This document shows, one piece after another, positions 1 through 11,100 of a stretch of DNA of 32,000 nucleotides; the first letter of the stretch is position 1; each line of letters opens with the position of its first letter. A program made the translations under genes and the position numbers. Origin of the DNA: an uncultured Lentisphaeria bacterium (GTDB lineage Bacteria > Verrucomicrobiota > Lentisphaeria > JABSQK01 > JAJFLO01); NCBI GenBank assembly GCA_951812855.1, contig OX638337.1, positions 1,830,001 through 1,862,000 on the forward strand, given 5' to 3'. The notes beneath the pieces were generated by a model, which saw only the letters and a program-made list of their open reading frames with translations, was not told the DNA's origin and made no database searches.

Positions 1-659
1 ACAGTGGTGGCAACTCTGAATCTGAAGCATGCAAACCCATTGTTGAGTTGATGAACAATGTTGATAATTATATTCCCGATCCTGAAAGAATATTGGACAA
101 GCCTTTTCTAATGCCTATTGAAGATGTCTTCTCTATTGAAGGTCGAGGAACTGTTGTTACGGGTCGTTGTGAACGTGGTATTGTTAAGACCGGTGAAACC
201 ATTGAAATTATTGGTATAAGAGAGACGTTCAAAACTACCGTGACGGGAGTTGAAATGTTTCGCAAAATATTAGATGAGGGAAGGGCAGGAGATAATATAG
301 GCTGTCTTCTACGCGGAATTAAAAAGGAAGATGTCGAAAGAGGGCAGGTTCTCGCCGTACCCGGAACGATTACACCACACACAAAATTTAAGGCGGAAGT
401 TTATGTATTGAGTAAAGAAGAAGGAGGGCGTCATACTCCATTCTTTAATGGATATAGACCACAGTTTTACTTTAGAACAACGGATGTAACTGGTGTCGTG
501 ACACTTCCGGCAGGTACAGAAATGGTTATGCCGGGAGATAACGTGTCAATTGAAGTTGAGCTAATTTGTCCTATCGCTATGGAAAAGACGCTTCGATTTG
601 CTATTCGGGAAGGCGGAAGGACGGTTGGTGCAGGCCGGGTTACAGATATCGTTCAATAA
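1..659 (+). CDS. tuf: Elongation factor Tu, C-terminal ~218 aa (5' end lies outside the window)
   Basis: Frame is open from nt 3 ([25 protein letters not shown]...), upstream of the Met used in the ORF track. EF-Tu domain II/III motifs are present: [61 protein letters not shown]. Stop TAA at 657-659. Confidence 0.97.
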   Translation, partial: SGGNSESEACKPIVELMNNVDNYIPDPERILDKPFLMPIEDVFSIEGRGTVVTGRCERGIVKTGETIEIIGIRETFKTTVTGVEMFRKILDEGRAGDNIGCLLRGIKKEDVERGQVLAVPGTITPHTKFKAEVYVLSKEEGGRHTPFFNGYRPQFYFRTTDVTGVVTLPAGTEMVMPGDNVSIEVELICPIAMEKTLRFAIREGGRTVGAGRVTDIVQ

Positions 660-697
660 CTTGGCTGGACCAATTCTAAATAGTCTCAAGATGTTAT

Positions 698-730
698 GCC
701 CGAGTATAATTTATTTTGCTCGGGTGTTTT
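698..730 (+). terminator. Rho-independent terminator candidate after tuf
   Basis: Stem CCCGAG (699-704) pairs with CTCGGG (719-724), and a G698:T725 wobble extends it. The loop is 14 nt and is followed by TGTTTTAATTT. Confidence 0.6.
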
Positions 731-768
731 AATTTATTAGCAGTATTATAAAATGTAGATGAAATTAT

Positions 769-921
769 ATGGCTAGAGACATAATCACATTAGCTTGTAC
801 AGATTGTAAGCGTCGCAATTATACCACGACAAAAAATAAGAGGCTGATTCCGGGGCGGCTGGAATTAAAAAAGTTTTGCAGGTTCGAACGCAAGCATACA
901 CTTCATAGGGAGACGCGCTAA
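769..921 (+). CDS. rpmG: 50S ribosomal protein L33 (50 aa; too short for the supplied ORF track)
   Basis: Hand translation gives [50 protein letters not shown]. This matches the L33 pattern (CxxC...NY.TTKNKR...LE.KK.C...HTLH.ET). ATG at 769, TAA at 919-921. The tuf/secE neighbourhood is typical for rpmG. Confidence 0.9.
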   Translation: MARDIITLACTDCKRRNYTTTKNKRLIPGRLELKKFCRFERKHTLHRETR

Positions 922-988
922 CACCATGTTAATCCCCTTTGGATTACGACAACTATTACGAAGTCCAGTGGTGCTACATAAATTCTAC

Positions 989-1064
<76 letters not shown>

Positions 1065-1130
1065 GGTAAACACCTGATTTGGGAAGAAAATAAATTAATA
1101 ATTAATTTTTATATTAGAAACAAAGAACTT

Positions 1131-1328
1131 ATGACAAATCCGATTCCAGGTATACGACAGTTTTATGAAGAAACGATCCAGGAAATAAAAAAATGTACCT
1201 GGCCCAGTTTTAACGAGTTGTTTGAGTCGACCACGGTTGTGATTATATCAGTGATATTATTAACAATTTTTATTTGGGCAATCGATTTACTCAGCCAATG
1301 GCTAATTCGGTTTTTTATATTATCTTAG
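1131..1328 (+). CDS. secE: Preprotein translocase subunit SecE
   Basis: 65 aa with a single C-terminal TM helix. Shows the SecE signature region EIKKCTWPSFNELFESTTVVII (E.KKV.WP...E....T.VV). Sits upstream of nusG. Confidence 0.9.
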   Translation: MTNPIPGIRQFYEETIQEIKKCTWPSFNELFESTTVVIISVILLTIFIWAIDLLSQWLIRFFILS

Positions 1329-1403
1329 TGCTTCGTTGGATTCGTATTAGCTCTATGAAGCTAATAGCAATTACGATACGGAGGCTTTTCAATTTAATCA
1401 AAT

Positions 1404-1979
1404 TTGAATTCTCAGGCGATTTCTATGCAGAGTCATGAAGGTCAGTGGTTTGTAGTACAGGCGTTATCCGGTCACGAAATGAAAGTTAAGGGCAGTATTG
1501 ACAAACGGATTGAATTAGAAGACTTGAGTGAACTGATTTTTGAAGTTTTAATCCCGATTGAGAGAGTCACGGAGGTAAAACTTGGTAAGAAAACAACTGC
1601 GAATAGAAAATTTTTCCCAGGATATATACTAATAAATAGTAAGCTATATAATGCGGATCATACAGTAAATGATAAAGTTTGGGCTTTTATAAATGAAACG
1701 CCAAGTGTTATTGGATTCGTTGGTGGTGAAAAACCGGTTCCACTAAATGAAGAGGAAGTTAACGATATACTTGAACAACTGAATAGAGGGGAAGCACGTG
1801 TTAAGCCTCGAATAGAGTTTGATATTGGGGAAACTGTAAAAATCAAAGACGGTGCCTTTGAAAATTTTGAAGGGAAGATTGAAAATATTGATCCTGGCAG
1901 GGGTAAGTTAAAATTATCCGTTAGCATATTTGGCCGCTACACACCGGTTGAAGTCGAATACTGGCAAGTTGAGCGTTAA
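1404..1979 (+). CDS. nusG: Transcription termination/antitermination factor NusG
   Basis: NGN domain (QWFVVQALSGHEMKV) and a C-terminal KOW motif (GETVKIKDGAFENFEGKIENID). The start is ambiguous: TTG at 1404 per the ORF track, or ATG at 1425 giving MQSHEGQWFVV, which matches usual NusG N-terminal length better. Confidence 0.93.
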   Translation: MNSQAISMQSHEGQWFVVQALSGHEMKVKGSIDKRIELEDLSELIFEVLIPIERVTEVKLGKKTTANRKFFPGYILINSKLYNADHTVNDKVWAFINETPSVIGFVGGEKPVPLNEEEVNDILEQLNRGEARVKPRIEFDIGETVKIKDGAFENFEGKIENIDPGRGKLKLSVSIFGRYTPVEVEYWQVER

Positions 1980-2016
1980 TTTCAGAAGAGAGTTTTATCT
2001 AAAAGGCAATTGAAAA

Positions 2017-2445
2017 ATGGCAAAAAAAGTAACAGGCACTATTAGATTACAAATACCTGCGGGTGCAGCTAATCCAGCACCTCCTGTAGGACCTGCATTA
2101 GGACAGGCGGGTGTAAATATTATGGAGTTTTGTAAGCAGTTTAATGCCGCAACTCAGGGTAATGCCGGAATGATAATACCAGTTGTCATTACTGTATTTA
2201 CTGATCGATCGTTTACATTTATAACAAAATCTCCTCCGGCTGCAATTTTAATAAAGAAATCAGCAGGTCTGGCTGCAGGAGCGAACAAGCCCGGGCTTGA
2301 ATCAGTAGGTCAAATCAGCCGATCAGAGTTGTTAGAGATCGTTCGAATTAAAAAGGAAGACTTAAACGCACGCAATGAAGAAGCTGCGATCAATATTATT
2401 GCCGGTACAGCAAGGAGTATGGGAATCGAGGTGATTGATGGGTAA
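2017..2445 (+). CDS. rplK: 50S ribosomal protein L11
   Basis: [44 protein letters not shown] is canonical L11. Confidence 0.97.
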   Translation: MAKKVTGTIRLQIPAGAANPAPPVGPALGQAGVNIMEFCKQFNAATQGNAGMIIPVVITVFTDRSFTFITKSPPAAILIKKSAGLAAGANKPGLESVGQISRSELLEIVRIKKEDLNARNEEAAINIIAGTARSMGIEVIDG

Positions 2446-3133
2446 AAGTAAATTATATCAAGATCAGTTAAAATCATTCGATCAAAATGCTTTTTACACT
2501 TTAGATAAGGCGATTGCCATTTTAAAAAAAATGACACATATAAAGTTTGACGAGACGGTTGATATCGCATTTAAGCTTGGTATTGATCCTAAGCAGTCGG
2601 ATCAGATGATTCGGGGTGCATTGCCACTGCCTCATGGTATTGGAAAGAATGTTCGTGTTATCGTTATTGCTGCAGACAGTGCTGCAGATGAAGCAAAATC
2701 CGCTGGTGCAGATGAGGTTGGATTCGATGAATTATTAGAAAAAATCAAAGGTGGCTGGTTGGGTTTTGATACTATGATTGCTACACCAATGGCCATGCAG
2801 AGAGTTCGTACATTGGGCCGTGTGCTTGGACCCCGGGGGTTGATGCCAAATCCAAAAACGGGAACTGTAACTGATAATCCCGCCGCCGCTGTCAAAGAGG
2901 CAAAAGCCGGTCGTGTTGAATATCGTTCTGATAAAACGGGTTGTGTTCACGCTCACATTGGTAAACGATCATTTACCGGTGAAGCGTTAACGGAAAATGC
3001 GACAGCATTGATTAATGCATTGTTGCGAGCACGACCAGCAGGAGCTAAAGGGACGTACATCGTAAGTTGCACAATCTCTTCTACCATGGGGCCCGGAATA
3101 AAAATTGATACTAAAGAGTTTATTAGAGGATAA
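2438..3133 (+). CDS. rplA: 50S ribosomal protein L1
   Basis: L1 family motifs are present ([40 protein letters not shown]). The ORF track starts at TTG 2435. The adjacent ATG at 2438 has GAGGTG 4 nt upstream and is preferred. The gene overlaps the rplK stop. Confidence 0.95.
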   Translation: MGKSKLYQDQLKSFDQNAFYTLDKAIAILKKMTHIKFDETVDIAFKLGIDPKQSDQMIRGALPLPHGIGKNVRVIVIAADSAADEAKSAGADEVGFDELLEKIKGGWLGFDTMIATPMAMQRVRTLGRVLGPRGLMPNPKTGTVTDNPAAAVKEAKAGRVEYRSDKTGCVHAHIGKRSFTGEALTENATALINALLRARPAGAKGTYIVSCTISSTMGPGIKIDTKEFIRG

Positions 3134-3134
3134 A

Positions 3135-3659
3135 ATGAGAATAGAGAAAATTCAACTGGCATCTTACATTTCGGATCTTATTAAGACTTCGTCATATTTA
3201 TTTTTTATTAGCTATAAAGGTATGAACGTTGAACAATTTTCAGATCTGCGAGGTCAACTATTTTCAAATGGGTCAAGTTGCCATGTTGTCAAAAATTCTT
3301 TGATAAAACTTGGGTTAAATGATGCAAGTGTTGAATTACCTGAAAGTGTAAAGTTCACGGGTGATACAGCTTTAGTATATGGCAATGGAGATCCTGGTCC
3401 TGTTGCAAAAGTGATTAAAAGTTTTAGTAGAGAAATTGAGTTTGTGACTTTTAAGGCCGGTGTCATTGATGGGACCTGTGTACCCCGTGATCTGGTTGCA
3501 AGCATTGCTGACTTACCATCTATTGAGGTGTTAAGGTCCCGGCTGCTTGGTGTGTTACAAGCACCAATGGTTAATTTCGTCGGCGTACTGGATGCTAAAG
3601 TTGCAAGTATTGTTTACGTATTGCAAGGCTATCTAAATAAGAGAGAACAATCATCGTAA
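3135..3659 (+). CDS. rplJ: 50S ribosomal protein L10
   Basis: L10-like sequence in the expected position between rplA and rplL. I prefer ATG 3135 (AGAGGA at 3125-3130) over the longer track start at 3105, which overlaps the end of rplA. Confidence 0.9.
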   Translation: MRIEKIQLASYISDLIKTSSYLFFISYKGMNVEQFSDLRGQLFSNGSSCHVVKNSLIKLGLNDASVELPESVKFTGDTALVYGNGDPGPVAKVIKSFSREIEFVTFKAGVIDGTCVPRDLVASIADLPSIEVLRSRLLGVLQAPMVNFVGVLDAKVASIVYVLQGYLNKREQSS

Positions 3660-3671
3660 TGGAGGATAAAA

Positions 3672-4088
3672 ATGGCTGAAGAAGCTGCGAGTGTTGAAGT
3701 CCCTGAAGAAATGGGAAAATTTATTGAATATATAGAAAAATTAACTGTTCTGGAACTTTCAAATCTGGTGAAAGCGTTGGAAGATCGACTGGGCGTTACG
3801 GCTGCGGCACCGGTTGCAGTTGCTGTTGCAGGTGGTGGTACTGTTGCTGACGGTGGCGGTGAAGCCAGGGAAGAGAAGACAGAATTCGATGTAATCTTAA
3901 CAAGCTTCGGTGAAAAGAAAATTGCAGTAATCAAAGAAGTTCGAGGTATTACCGGGCTTGGTTTGAAAGAAGCAAAAGATCTTGTTGAAGGAGTTCCAAA
4001 AGCGGTGAAAGAAGGTGTTGCAAAAGAGGAGGCTGAGGACATTAAATCAAAGCTGGAAGCTGCCGGCGGTTCAATCGAACTCAAGTAA
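3672..4088 (+). CDS. rplL: 50S ribosomal protein L7/L12
   Basis: GGAGG Shine-Dalgarno upstream. N-terminal dimerisation helix, Ala/Gly/Val hinge ([13 protein letters not shown]), and C-terminal domain [25 protein letters not shown]...KEEAE.IK.KLE.AG. Confidence 0.97.
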   Translation: MAEEAASVEVPEEMGKFIEYIEKLTVLELSNLVKALEDRLGVTAAAPVAVAVAGGGTVADGGGEAREEKTEFDVILTSFGEKKIAVIKEVRGITGLGLKEAKDLVEGVPKAVKEGVAKEEAEDIKSKLEAAGGSIELK

Positions 4089-4147
4089 TTTCCCTTTTGG
4101 TGTATTTTTGATTCTGTCAAAATCCAACTGGGAATTTTTCTATTTAA

Positions 4148-4171
4148 GGCGGACAGAGTCATCTGTTCGCC
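4148..4171 (+). terminator. Hairpin in the rplL-rpoB spacer (possible partial terminator/attenuator)
   Basis: GGCGGACAG (4148-4156) pairs with CTGTTCGCC (4163-4171): 9 bp including one G:U, with a 6-nt loop. It is followed by ATTTGCTTTATC, a weak U tract. Its position matches the rplL-rpoB attenuator known in E. coli. Confidence 0.35.
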
Positions 4172-4221
4172 ATTTGCTTTATCAATCAACGAGTGGTTGA
4201 AATTTATAACTGAGGGGCACT

Positions 4222-7200
4222 ATGAAATCTCGCAAGAATTTTGGAAAACTACAAGACGTAATTGAAATTCCCGATTTAATTGGTCTTCAATTGCACTCTT
4301 ATGAGTTGTTTTTGCAGAAAGACATTCCTGCTGATAAAAGAAAAGAAGAAGGATTTCAGGAGATTTTTCATGAAATTTTTCCTATCGAAAGTTTTGATCA
4401 ATCCTGTCTACTTGATTTTGTATCTTATGAAATTGGAGATCCGAAATTTTCAAAGGTTGAATGCTTAAGAAAAAGTAAATCATACGCTGCTCCAATCTAT
4501 GTTACATTAAGATTTGAAAATCGTAAAAAGGAAGAGATAAAGGAAGAAAAAGTATTTTTTGGTGATATTCCTTTAATGACTGACAGTGCATCTATCATAA
4601 TTAACGGCGTTGAAAGGGTTATTATCAGTCAGCTGCACAGGACGCCGGGTATTTGTTATGAAAAAGGTAAACATACAAGTGGTCGAATCCTTTACTCTTA
4701 TAGAATTATTCCAGACCGTGGATCTTGGTTGGAAGTTCAATTTGACATCAATGATCAAATTTACATTTTCCTTGATCGCCGGAGGAGAAGAAGAAAATTT
4801 CTGATTTCAACTTTCTTGCGAGCTGTTGGTTACGATACCACCAGAGAATTATTGGATGCGATGTATGGTATCAAAGAGGTAAAGGTATCAAGTTTAAAAA
4901 AGAAAGAAGCTGATGAACTCTCGGAATACTTTTTAGCTGAATCTGTTGTTGATGAATCTGGAAAAGCAATTGTAGACGATAAAGAAAATGAAATTGCCAA
5001 ACAATTGGAACCATTAAACGAGGATGTGTTATTGTGGCTTGGCAAGAATAAAGTTACAACTGTTGAGGTTATAAACACATCCGGCATTGGTGATTACTTT
5101 ATCAAAAGCCTGGAAGCTGACCCATGTTCAAGTCAAGGCGAGGCTTTAAAAGAAATCTATAAAAAAATGCGTCCGGGAGATCCGCCAAGTGCAACGAATG
5201 CCCGACTTCTTTTAAAACGGTCGTTTTTTGATAGAAAACGATATGATTTGGGTATTGTTGGACGTCATAAAATCAATCAAAAACTGAATACAACATTTGA
5301 TTTAGATGAGAGGACTCTGCAAACTGAAGACCTTGTTGAATCTGCCAAGCAGTTGATGAGATTGAGATTGGTCAGTGGAAATGTTGATGATATTGATCAT
5401 TTAGGGAGTCGGCGCGTTAGAACTGTGGGTGAACTGGTGCAAAATCAGGTTCGTGTCGGGTTGGCAAGAACTGAACGGCTTATCAGAGAACGAATGACTC
5501 TTCTGGATATGGGAAATGATAATATTACTCCACAAAAGCTTATTAATGCAAAAGCACTTGCCGGAGTTCTGAGAGATTTTTTCGGCAGAGGCCAGCTATC
5601 ACAATTTATGGATCAGACGAATCCCCTGGCCGAACTTACCAATAAACGAAGACTAAGTGCACTTGGTCCTGGTGGATTAAGCCGTGAACGTGCGGGTTTT
5701 GAGGTTAGAGATGTGCATCCAAGTCATTATGGGCGGATTTGTCCAGTAGAGACTCCGGAAGGACCCAATATTGGATTAATTACCTCGTTAGCACTTTATG
5801 GGAAGATTAATGAATATGGTTTTATTGAAACTCCCTATCGGAGAGTCAAGAATAAAAAGGTTCTTGACAAGATTGAGTATTTAACTGCTGATGTCGAAGA
5901 AAATTTTAAAATTGCTCAGGCAAATGCACCATTTAATGAAAATGGTGTATTCGTGAATAAATACGTAAATTCACGATTCGAAGGTGATACGCAGGAAATT
6001 CCAGCTGAAGAAGTTGAATATATGGATGTTTCTCCAAAGCAATTGATCAGTGCGGCGGCAGGATTGATACCATTTTTAGAACACGATGATGCAAACCGTG
6101 CACTTATGGGATCAAACATGCAACGTCAGGCTGTTCCACTGATTAATACCGATTCTCCCTGCGTGGGGACAGGTTTGGAAGCTGTTGTTGCAAAAGATTC
6201 CAGAGCTGTAAGATGTGCCACCAGGGATGGGATCGTTGCAGCTGTGTCTGCTGATACAGTGGTTATTACAAAAGATGGGAAAATGCCTGCATCTAAGACA
6301 AATGAGAAAGATGCCGAGTATAAATTATATAAATTTATGCGTTCAAACAGCAGTACAACAATCAATCAAAAGCCCATTGTCAGAACAGGTGATAAAATTA
6401 AAAAAGGACAAGTCATTGCTGATGGTGCTGCAACACAAAATGGCGAACTTGCCTTAGGCCGCAATGTAACAGTCGCATTTATGCCCTGGTATGGATATAA
6501 TTTTGAGGATGCGATCATTCTTAGTGAAGACTTAGTTAAAGAAGATGTGTATACAAGTATTCATATTTCTGAATTAGATATCATGGCACGAGATACAAAA
6601 TTAGGACCCGAGGAAATCACTCGCGATATCCCTAATGTAAGTGAAGAAGCATTAAGACAATTAGGGCCTGAAGGTATAATCAGGATAGGAGCAGAGGTAA
6701 ACCCGAATGATGTTTTGGTTGGAAAAATAACGCCAAAGAGTGAGACTGAACTGGATCCGGAAGAACGTCTTTTACGTGCAATCTTTGGAGAAAAAGCTGC
6801 TGATGTAAAAGACAGTTCATTAAAAGTTCCCAGTGGCGTGAGCGGAATTATTATGGATGTTGAAGTCGAACGTAAAGTTGATCCTAACCGGGCAAAATTA
6901 ACTTTGGCAGAACGAAATCGTCAGATAAAAGAAACGCAACACACTTATAAAGCTCAATATATTGAATTATTAGAAGAACTGACTGAAAAATTAGGTTCTG
7001 TAATGTTAGGAGCAAAGTTGCCATTCGATGTAAGTGAAAGAGTCGATGATGGCTTTAAGGTTGCAATTCCGGCAAACAGGAAAATAACTAAAGTGCTGCT
7101 AAGAAAATTAGCATCCATCCATAAAACCTATAAAATGCCGAATGGGCCGACTAAGGATCAGGTTGATGAGATTATGAAGATCTACAATCTCCGTGTTGAT

Positions 7201-8097
7201 GATCTGGAGATGAGGCGTCAGGAAATAATTGAACGTTACCAGAGTGAAGATGAAGGTGAAACAGGTGTCATAAAGCAGGTTAAAGTTTATATTGCAGGAA
7301 AACGTAAAATATCAGTCGGCGATAAAATGGCTGGCCGCCATGGTAACAAAGGAATTGTGGCCAGAATTGCAGCTGTTGAAGACTTGCCATTTATGGCTGA
7401 TGGAACACCTGTTGATATAATATTAAATCCGCTTGGTGTCCCCAGTCGAATGAATGTTGGACAGGTTTTAGAAACTCATTTGGGGCATGCGGCAAAAATT
7501 TTAGGAATGAAAATTGCCACACCGGTATTTGATGGAATTCCTGAGAGCAAGATCCATGAATTGTTGATCGAGGCAAAATTGAAGAGAGTCAAGGAGCATC
7601 AGGGCTGGACAACCGATGAAAATTATAATGTAATTGACGAACAAAAACGTTTAAGACGTGATTACTTTGTAGAAGAAGACGGTAAAACTGTATTATACGA
7701 TGGTAAAACTGGAAATCGGTTTAACCAACGTGTTGTTGTTGGCCAGATTTATATGTTGAAACTTGATCATTTAGTTGTAAATAAAATTCACGCCAGGGCT
7801 GTAGGTCCTTATTCGCTTGTAACTCAACAACCTCTGGGTGGTAAAGCACAACACGGAGGACAGCGTTTTGGAGAAATGGAAGTTTGGGCACTCGAAGCTT
7901 ATGGTGCCGCGTATACATTGCAGGAAATGTTAACCGTTAAAAGTGATGACGTGACAGGCCGGACAAAAATTTATGAGTCAATCGTCAGGGGAGATAATTC
8001 TTTACAGGCGGATGTCCCGGAATCATTTAACGTTTTGATGAATGAACTTAAGGCGCTTGGGCTTGATATAAGGACATTGAAAGGTGCCGTGGAATAG
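4222..8097 (+). CDS. rpoB: DNA-directed RNA polymerase beta subunit
   Basis: 1291 aa with conserved blocks: GSRRVRTVGEL, LSALGPGGLSRERAGFEVRDVHPSHYGRICPVETPEGPNIGLI, GDKMAGRHGNKG, RFGEMEVWALEAYGAAY. Confidence 0.99.
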   Translation: MKSRKNFGKLQDVIEIPDLIGLQLHSYELFLQKDIPADKRKEEGFQEIFHEIFPIESFDQSCLLDFVSYEIGDPKFSKVECLRKSKSYAAPIYVTLRFENRKKEEIKEEKVFFGDIPLMTDSASIIINGVERVIISQLHRTPGICYEKGKHTSGRILYSYRIIPDRGSWLEVQFDINDQIYIFLDRRRRRRKFLISTFLRAVGYDTTRELLDAMYGIKEVKVSSLKKKEADELSEYFLAESVVDESGKAIVDDKENEIAKQLEPLNEDVLLWLGKNKVTTVEVINTSGIGDYFIKSLEADPCSSQGEALKEIYKKMRPGDPPSATNARLLLKRSFFDRKRYDLGIVGRHKINQKLNTTFDLDERTLQTEDLVESAKQLMRLRLVSGNVDDIDHLGSRRVRTVGELVQNQVRVGLARTERLIRERMTLLDMGNDNITPQKLINAKALAGVLRDFFGRGQLSQFMDQTNPLAELTNKRRLSALGPGGLSRERAGFEVRDVHPSHYGRICPVETPEGPNIGLITSLALYGKINEYGFIETPYRRVKNKKVLDKIEYLTADVEENFKIAQANAPFNENGVFVNKYVNSRFEGDTQEIPAEEVEYMDVSPKQLISAAAGLIPFLEHDDANRALMGSNMQRQAVPLINTDSPCVGTGLEAVVAKDSRAVRCATRDGIVAAVSADTVVITKDGKMPASKTNEKDAEYKLYKFMRSNSSTTINQKPIVRTGDKIKKGQVIADGAATQNGELALGRNVTVAFMPWYGYNFEDAIILSEDLVKEDVYTSIHISELDIMARDTKLGPEEITRDIPNVSEEALRQLGPEGIIRIGAEVNPNDVLVGKITPKSETELDPEERLLRAIFGEKAADVKDSSLKVPSGVSGIIMDVEVERKVDPNRAKLTLAERNRQIKETQHTYKAQYIELLEELTEKLGSVMLGAKLPFDVSERVDDGFKVAIPANRKITKVLLRKLASIHKTYKMPNGPTKDQVDEIMKIYNLRVDDLEMRRQEIIERYQSEDEGETGVIKQVKVYIAGKRKISVGDKMAGRHGNKGIVARIAAVEDLPFMADGTPVDIILNPLGVPSRMNVGQVLETHLGHAAKILGMKIATPVFDGIPESKIHELLIEAKLKRVKEHQGWTTDENYNVIDEQKRLRRDYFVEEDGKTVLYDGKTGNRFNQRVVVGQIYMLKLDHLVVNKIHARAVGPYSLVTQQPLGGKAQHGGQRFGEMEVWALEAYGAAYTLQEMLTVKSDDVTGRTKIYESIVRGDNSLQADVPESFNVLMNELKALGLDIRTLKGAVE

Positions 8098-8177
8098 TTT
8101 CATAATTGACATTTATTATGGTATTTCCAACGAGTTAAAGCCGTAAAATTTGTTGTGATCAATACAAGGAGAGAAGA

Positions 8178-11100
8178 GTGACAAGTAATAATTCAGCAGT
8201 CAGAGAAATTCTTGGTTTAGATGCTACCGATAAATTCAGTTCTGTCAGTATTTCTGTTGCGTCACCTGAAACAATACGCTCTTGGAGTCGTGGAGAAGTA
8301 AAGAATCCGGAAACCCTGAATTATCGCACGTTCAAGCCGGAAAAAGGCGGATTGTTTTGTGAAAAAATATTTGGACCAACACGTGATTGGGAATGTAACT
8401 GCGGTAAATATAAGCGGATAAAACACAAAGGCATTGTGTGCGATCGATGTGGTGTTGAAGTGACTCACTCTCGAGTAAGGCGAGAACGAATGGGACACAT
8501 TGAGTTAGCTGTTCCTGTTTCCCATGTTTGGTTTTTTAAATGTATGCCAAGTCGGATTGGGTTGTTACTTAATATGACCAATAGAAGTCTTGAACGAGTA
8601 ATTTACTATGAAAGTTGGGTCGTGATCAGTAAAGGAGATACTCCGTTTGCGGAAAAACAGCTTTTAACCGAAGATGAATATAGAGATGCAAGAGAAACCT
8701 ATGGTGACGCATTTAGGGCCGGCATGGGTGCTGAAGCGATTCGAGAGTTGTTAACCAAGATTAATCTGAGTGAATTAAGGGAACAACTTACAGAACAAAT
8801 GGCAGAGACAAAGAGTAAGGCAGATCGGAAAAAGATTGCAAAGCGTCTTCGTATCACAGAAGGATTTCTTTTGGCAAATATGAAGCCGGAATGGATGATC
8901 TTGATTGAACTTCCTGTAATTCCACCTGATTTGCGTCCGTTAGTACCTTTGGAAGGAGGCCGATTCGCCACTTCAGATTTAAATGACTTATATCGGAGAG
9001 TTATAAACCGGAATAATCGATTAAAAAATCTTTTGAGTCTTCGTACGCCAGAGGTTATTATTCGAAATGAAAAACGCATGCTGCAAGAAGCAGTTGATGC
9101 ATTATTCGATAATGGCCGACATGGGCGTGCTGTAACAGGTGCCGGCAATCGTCAGCTAAAATCTTTAAGCGATATGTTAAAAGGCAAGCAAGGTAGATTT
9201 CGTCAAAACCTGTTAGGTAAGCGTGTCGATTATTCCGGGCGGTCAGTTATCGTTGTTGGGCCTGAGTTGAAATTAAACCAATGTGGGTTGCCGAAGAAGA
9301 TTGCATTAACTCTCTTTGAGCCGTTCATTATTCGAAAGTTGAAAGAAATTGGTCTGGTTCATACCGTGCGAAGCGCTAAGAAAATGATCGAACGAGGCGA
9401 TCCGCAAGTTTGGGATATTCTTGATGAAGTCATTAAAGGGCATCCAATAATGTTGAATCGTGCTCCGACATTGCACCGGTTAAGTATCCAGGCATTTGAC
9501 CCAATTTTAATTGAAGGACAAGCACTTCGAATTCATCCGATGGTTTGTTCTGCTTATAACGCGGATTTCGATGGTGATCAAATGGCAGTACATGTCCCGT
9601 TATCGAATGAGGCCCAGCTGGAAACCAAACTGTTAATGCTTGCACCGAACAATATATATTATCCATCAAGCGGAAAGCCAGTTTGCTCACCGTCACAAGA
9701 TATAACCCTTGGATCGTATTATTTATCCTATGTTAAGCCTGGAGAAATGGAACGAACTGAAAATCTAAAAGCATTCAATGATACTGATGAAGTATTGTTG
9801 GCTTATGAATTGGGACATATCGAACTTAATCAGGTTATTCTGGTAAGAAATAAAGATTTTGGTAAACAAACTGTATGGGGTGATAGTAAAAGTCGTTTTC
9901 TAAAGACGACATCTGGTCGATGCGTATTCAATGAAATTTGGCCTGATGAATTAGGATTTTTTAACCAGATTGCGAACAAATCGTCTTTGGGAAAACTGGT
10001 TGCCAGTGCGTATAAAAAACTTGGGCGTTTGGAAACGGTTGACGTATTGGATCGGCTGAAGGCGTTGGGATATCAATACGCGACCAGGGCTGGTTTTTCA
10101 ATTGGAATTACAGATATGATTATTCCTGATGAAAAGCAGGAAATCGTAGATAAAGCACATATTGAGATTGAAGCGGTTCGTGAACAATATCAGCGTGGTG
10201 TCATTACCGAAGGAGAACGTTATAATAAATTTATTGATATCTGGACACAGGCAAATAGCCGAGTTGCCTCTGTATTGTTTCGAGGACTGGAACGAAATCA
10301 GAATATTGGTGAGATCAATCCAGTTCATGCTATGCTTGATTCGGGTGCCCGGGGGAGTAATGATCAAGTTCGTCAATTAGCAGGTATGAGAGGACTAATG
10401 GCCAAACCGTCCGGCGAAATTATCGAGAGACCTATTTTATCAAGTTTTAGAGAAGGCTTGACAGTGCTGGAATTTTTTATAAGTTCGCATGGTGCTCGGA
10501 AGGGGCTCGCAGATACTGCATTAAAGACTGCGGACTCTGGATATATGACGCGTAAATTGGTTGATGTTGCCCATGATGTTATATGTATTGAGCAAGATTG
10601 TATGACTACACAGGGTATTTTAGTGAGTGCTATCAGAGAAGGTGACGAAGATATGTTGCCTCTTATCGACAGGATTGTTGGCCGTTACAGTGTTGACGAT
10701 ATTCGAGATCCACTCTCCCGGAAGGATGAATTAATTGTCGGCGGCGGGGAAGAAATAACTGAGGAAATTGCTGACAAAATAATTGATGTTGGTATTGACA
10801 GAGTTTCAATTCGATCGGTTTTAACTTGCCGAAGTGAGAAAGGAATCTGTGCAAAATGTTACGGTCGAAATCTTGCAACTAATGGTCCGTGTCAGGAAGG
10901 GTCAGCAATTGGAATTATTGCTGCTCAGTCAATTGGTGAGCCAGGTACCCAGTTAACGATGCGTACGTTTCATTACGGAGGTACTGCATCTTCCTCATTT
11001 AAACAGCCCTCAATTAAAGCAAGAGAAGGCGGAATCTTGAAACTCATTGATGCTCGAACAGTAAAAACCGCCGAGGGTCATTTAATCATTTTAAATAAAA

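Noticed and set aside
769-921. L33 has only three of the four zinc-ribbon cysteines (CTDC ... C..E).
   Set aside because: Three-Cys and Cys-less L33 paralogues are well known (for example, one Bacillus subtilis L33 paralogue has a similar CPRD-type second half). This is not unusual.
3629-4189. 186-aa minus-strand ORF, and many other antisense ORFs in the track (e.g. 68-382, 1658-1927, 2632-2895, 8699-9148, 11417-11737, 14457-14774, 16824-17099).
   Set aside because: All lie fully inside, and antisense to, highly conserved ribosomal, RNAP or EF genes. They have low-complexity Ser/Pro/Ala-rich translations and no motifs, so they are shadow ORFs.
4015-4200. 61-aa plus-strand ORF spanning the rplL 3' end and the rplL-rpoB spacer.
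   Set aside because: It is out of frame with rplL across its conserved C-terminal domain and has no RBS. The spacer is better explained by the hairpin.
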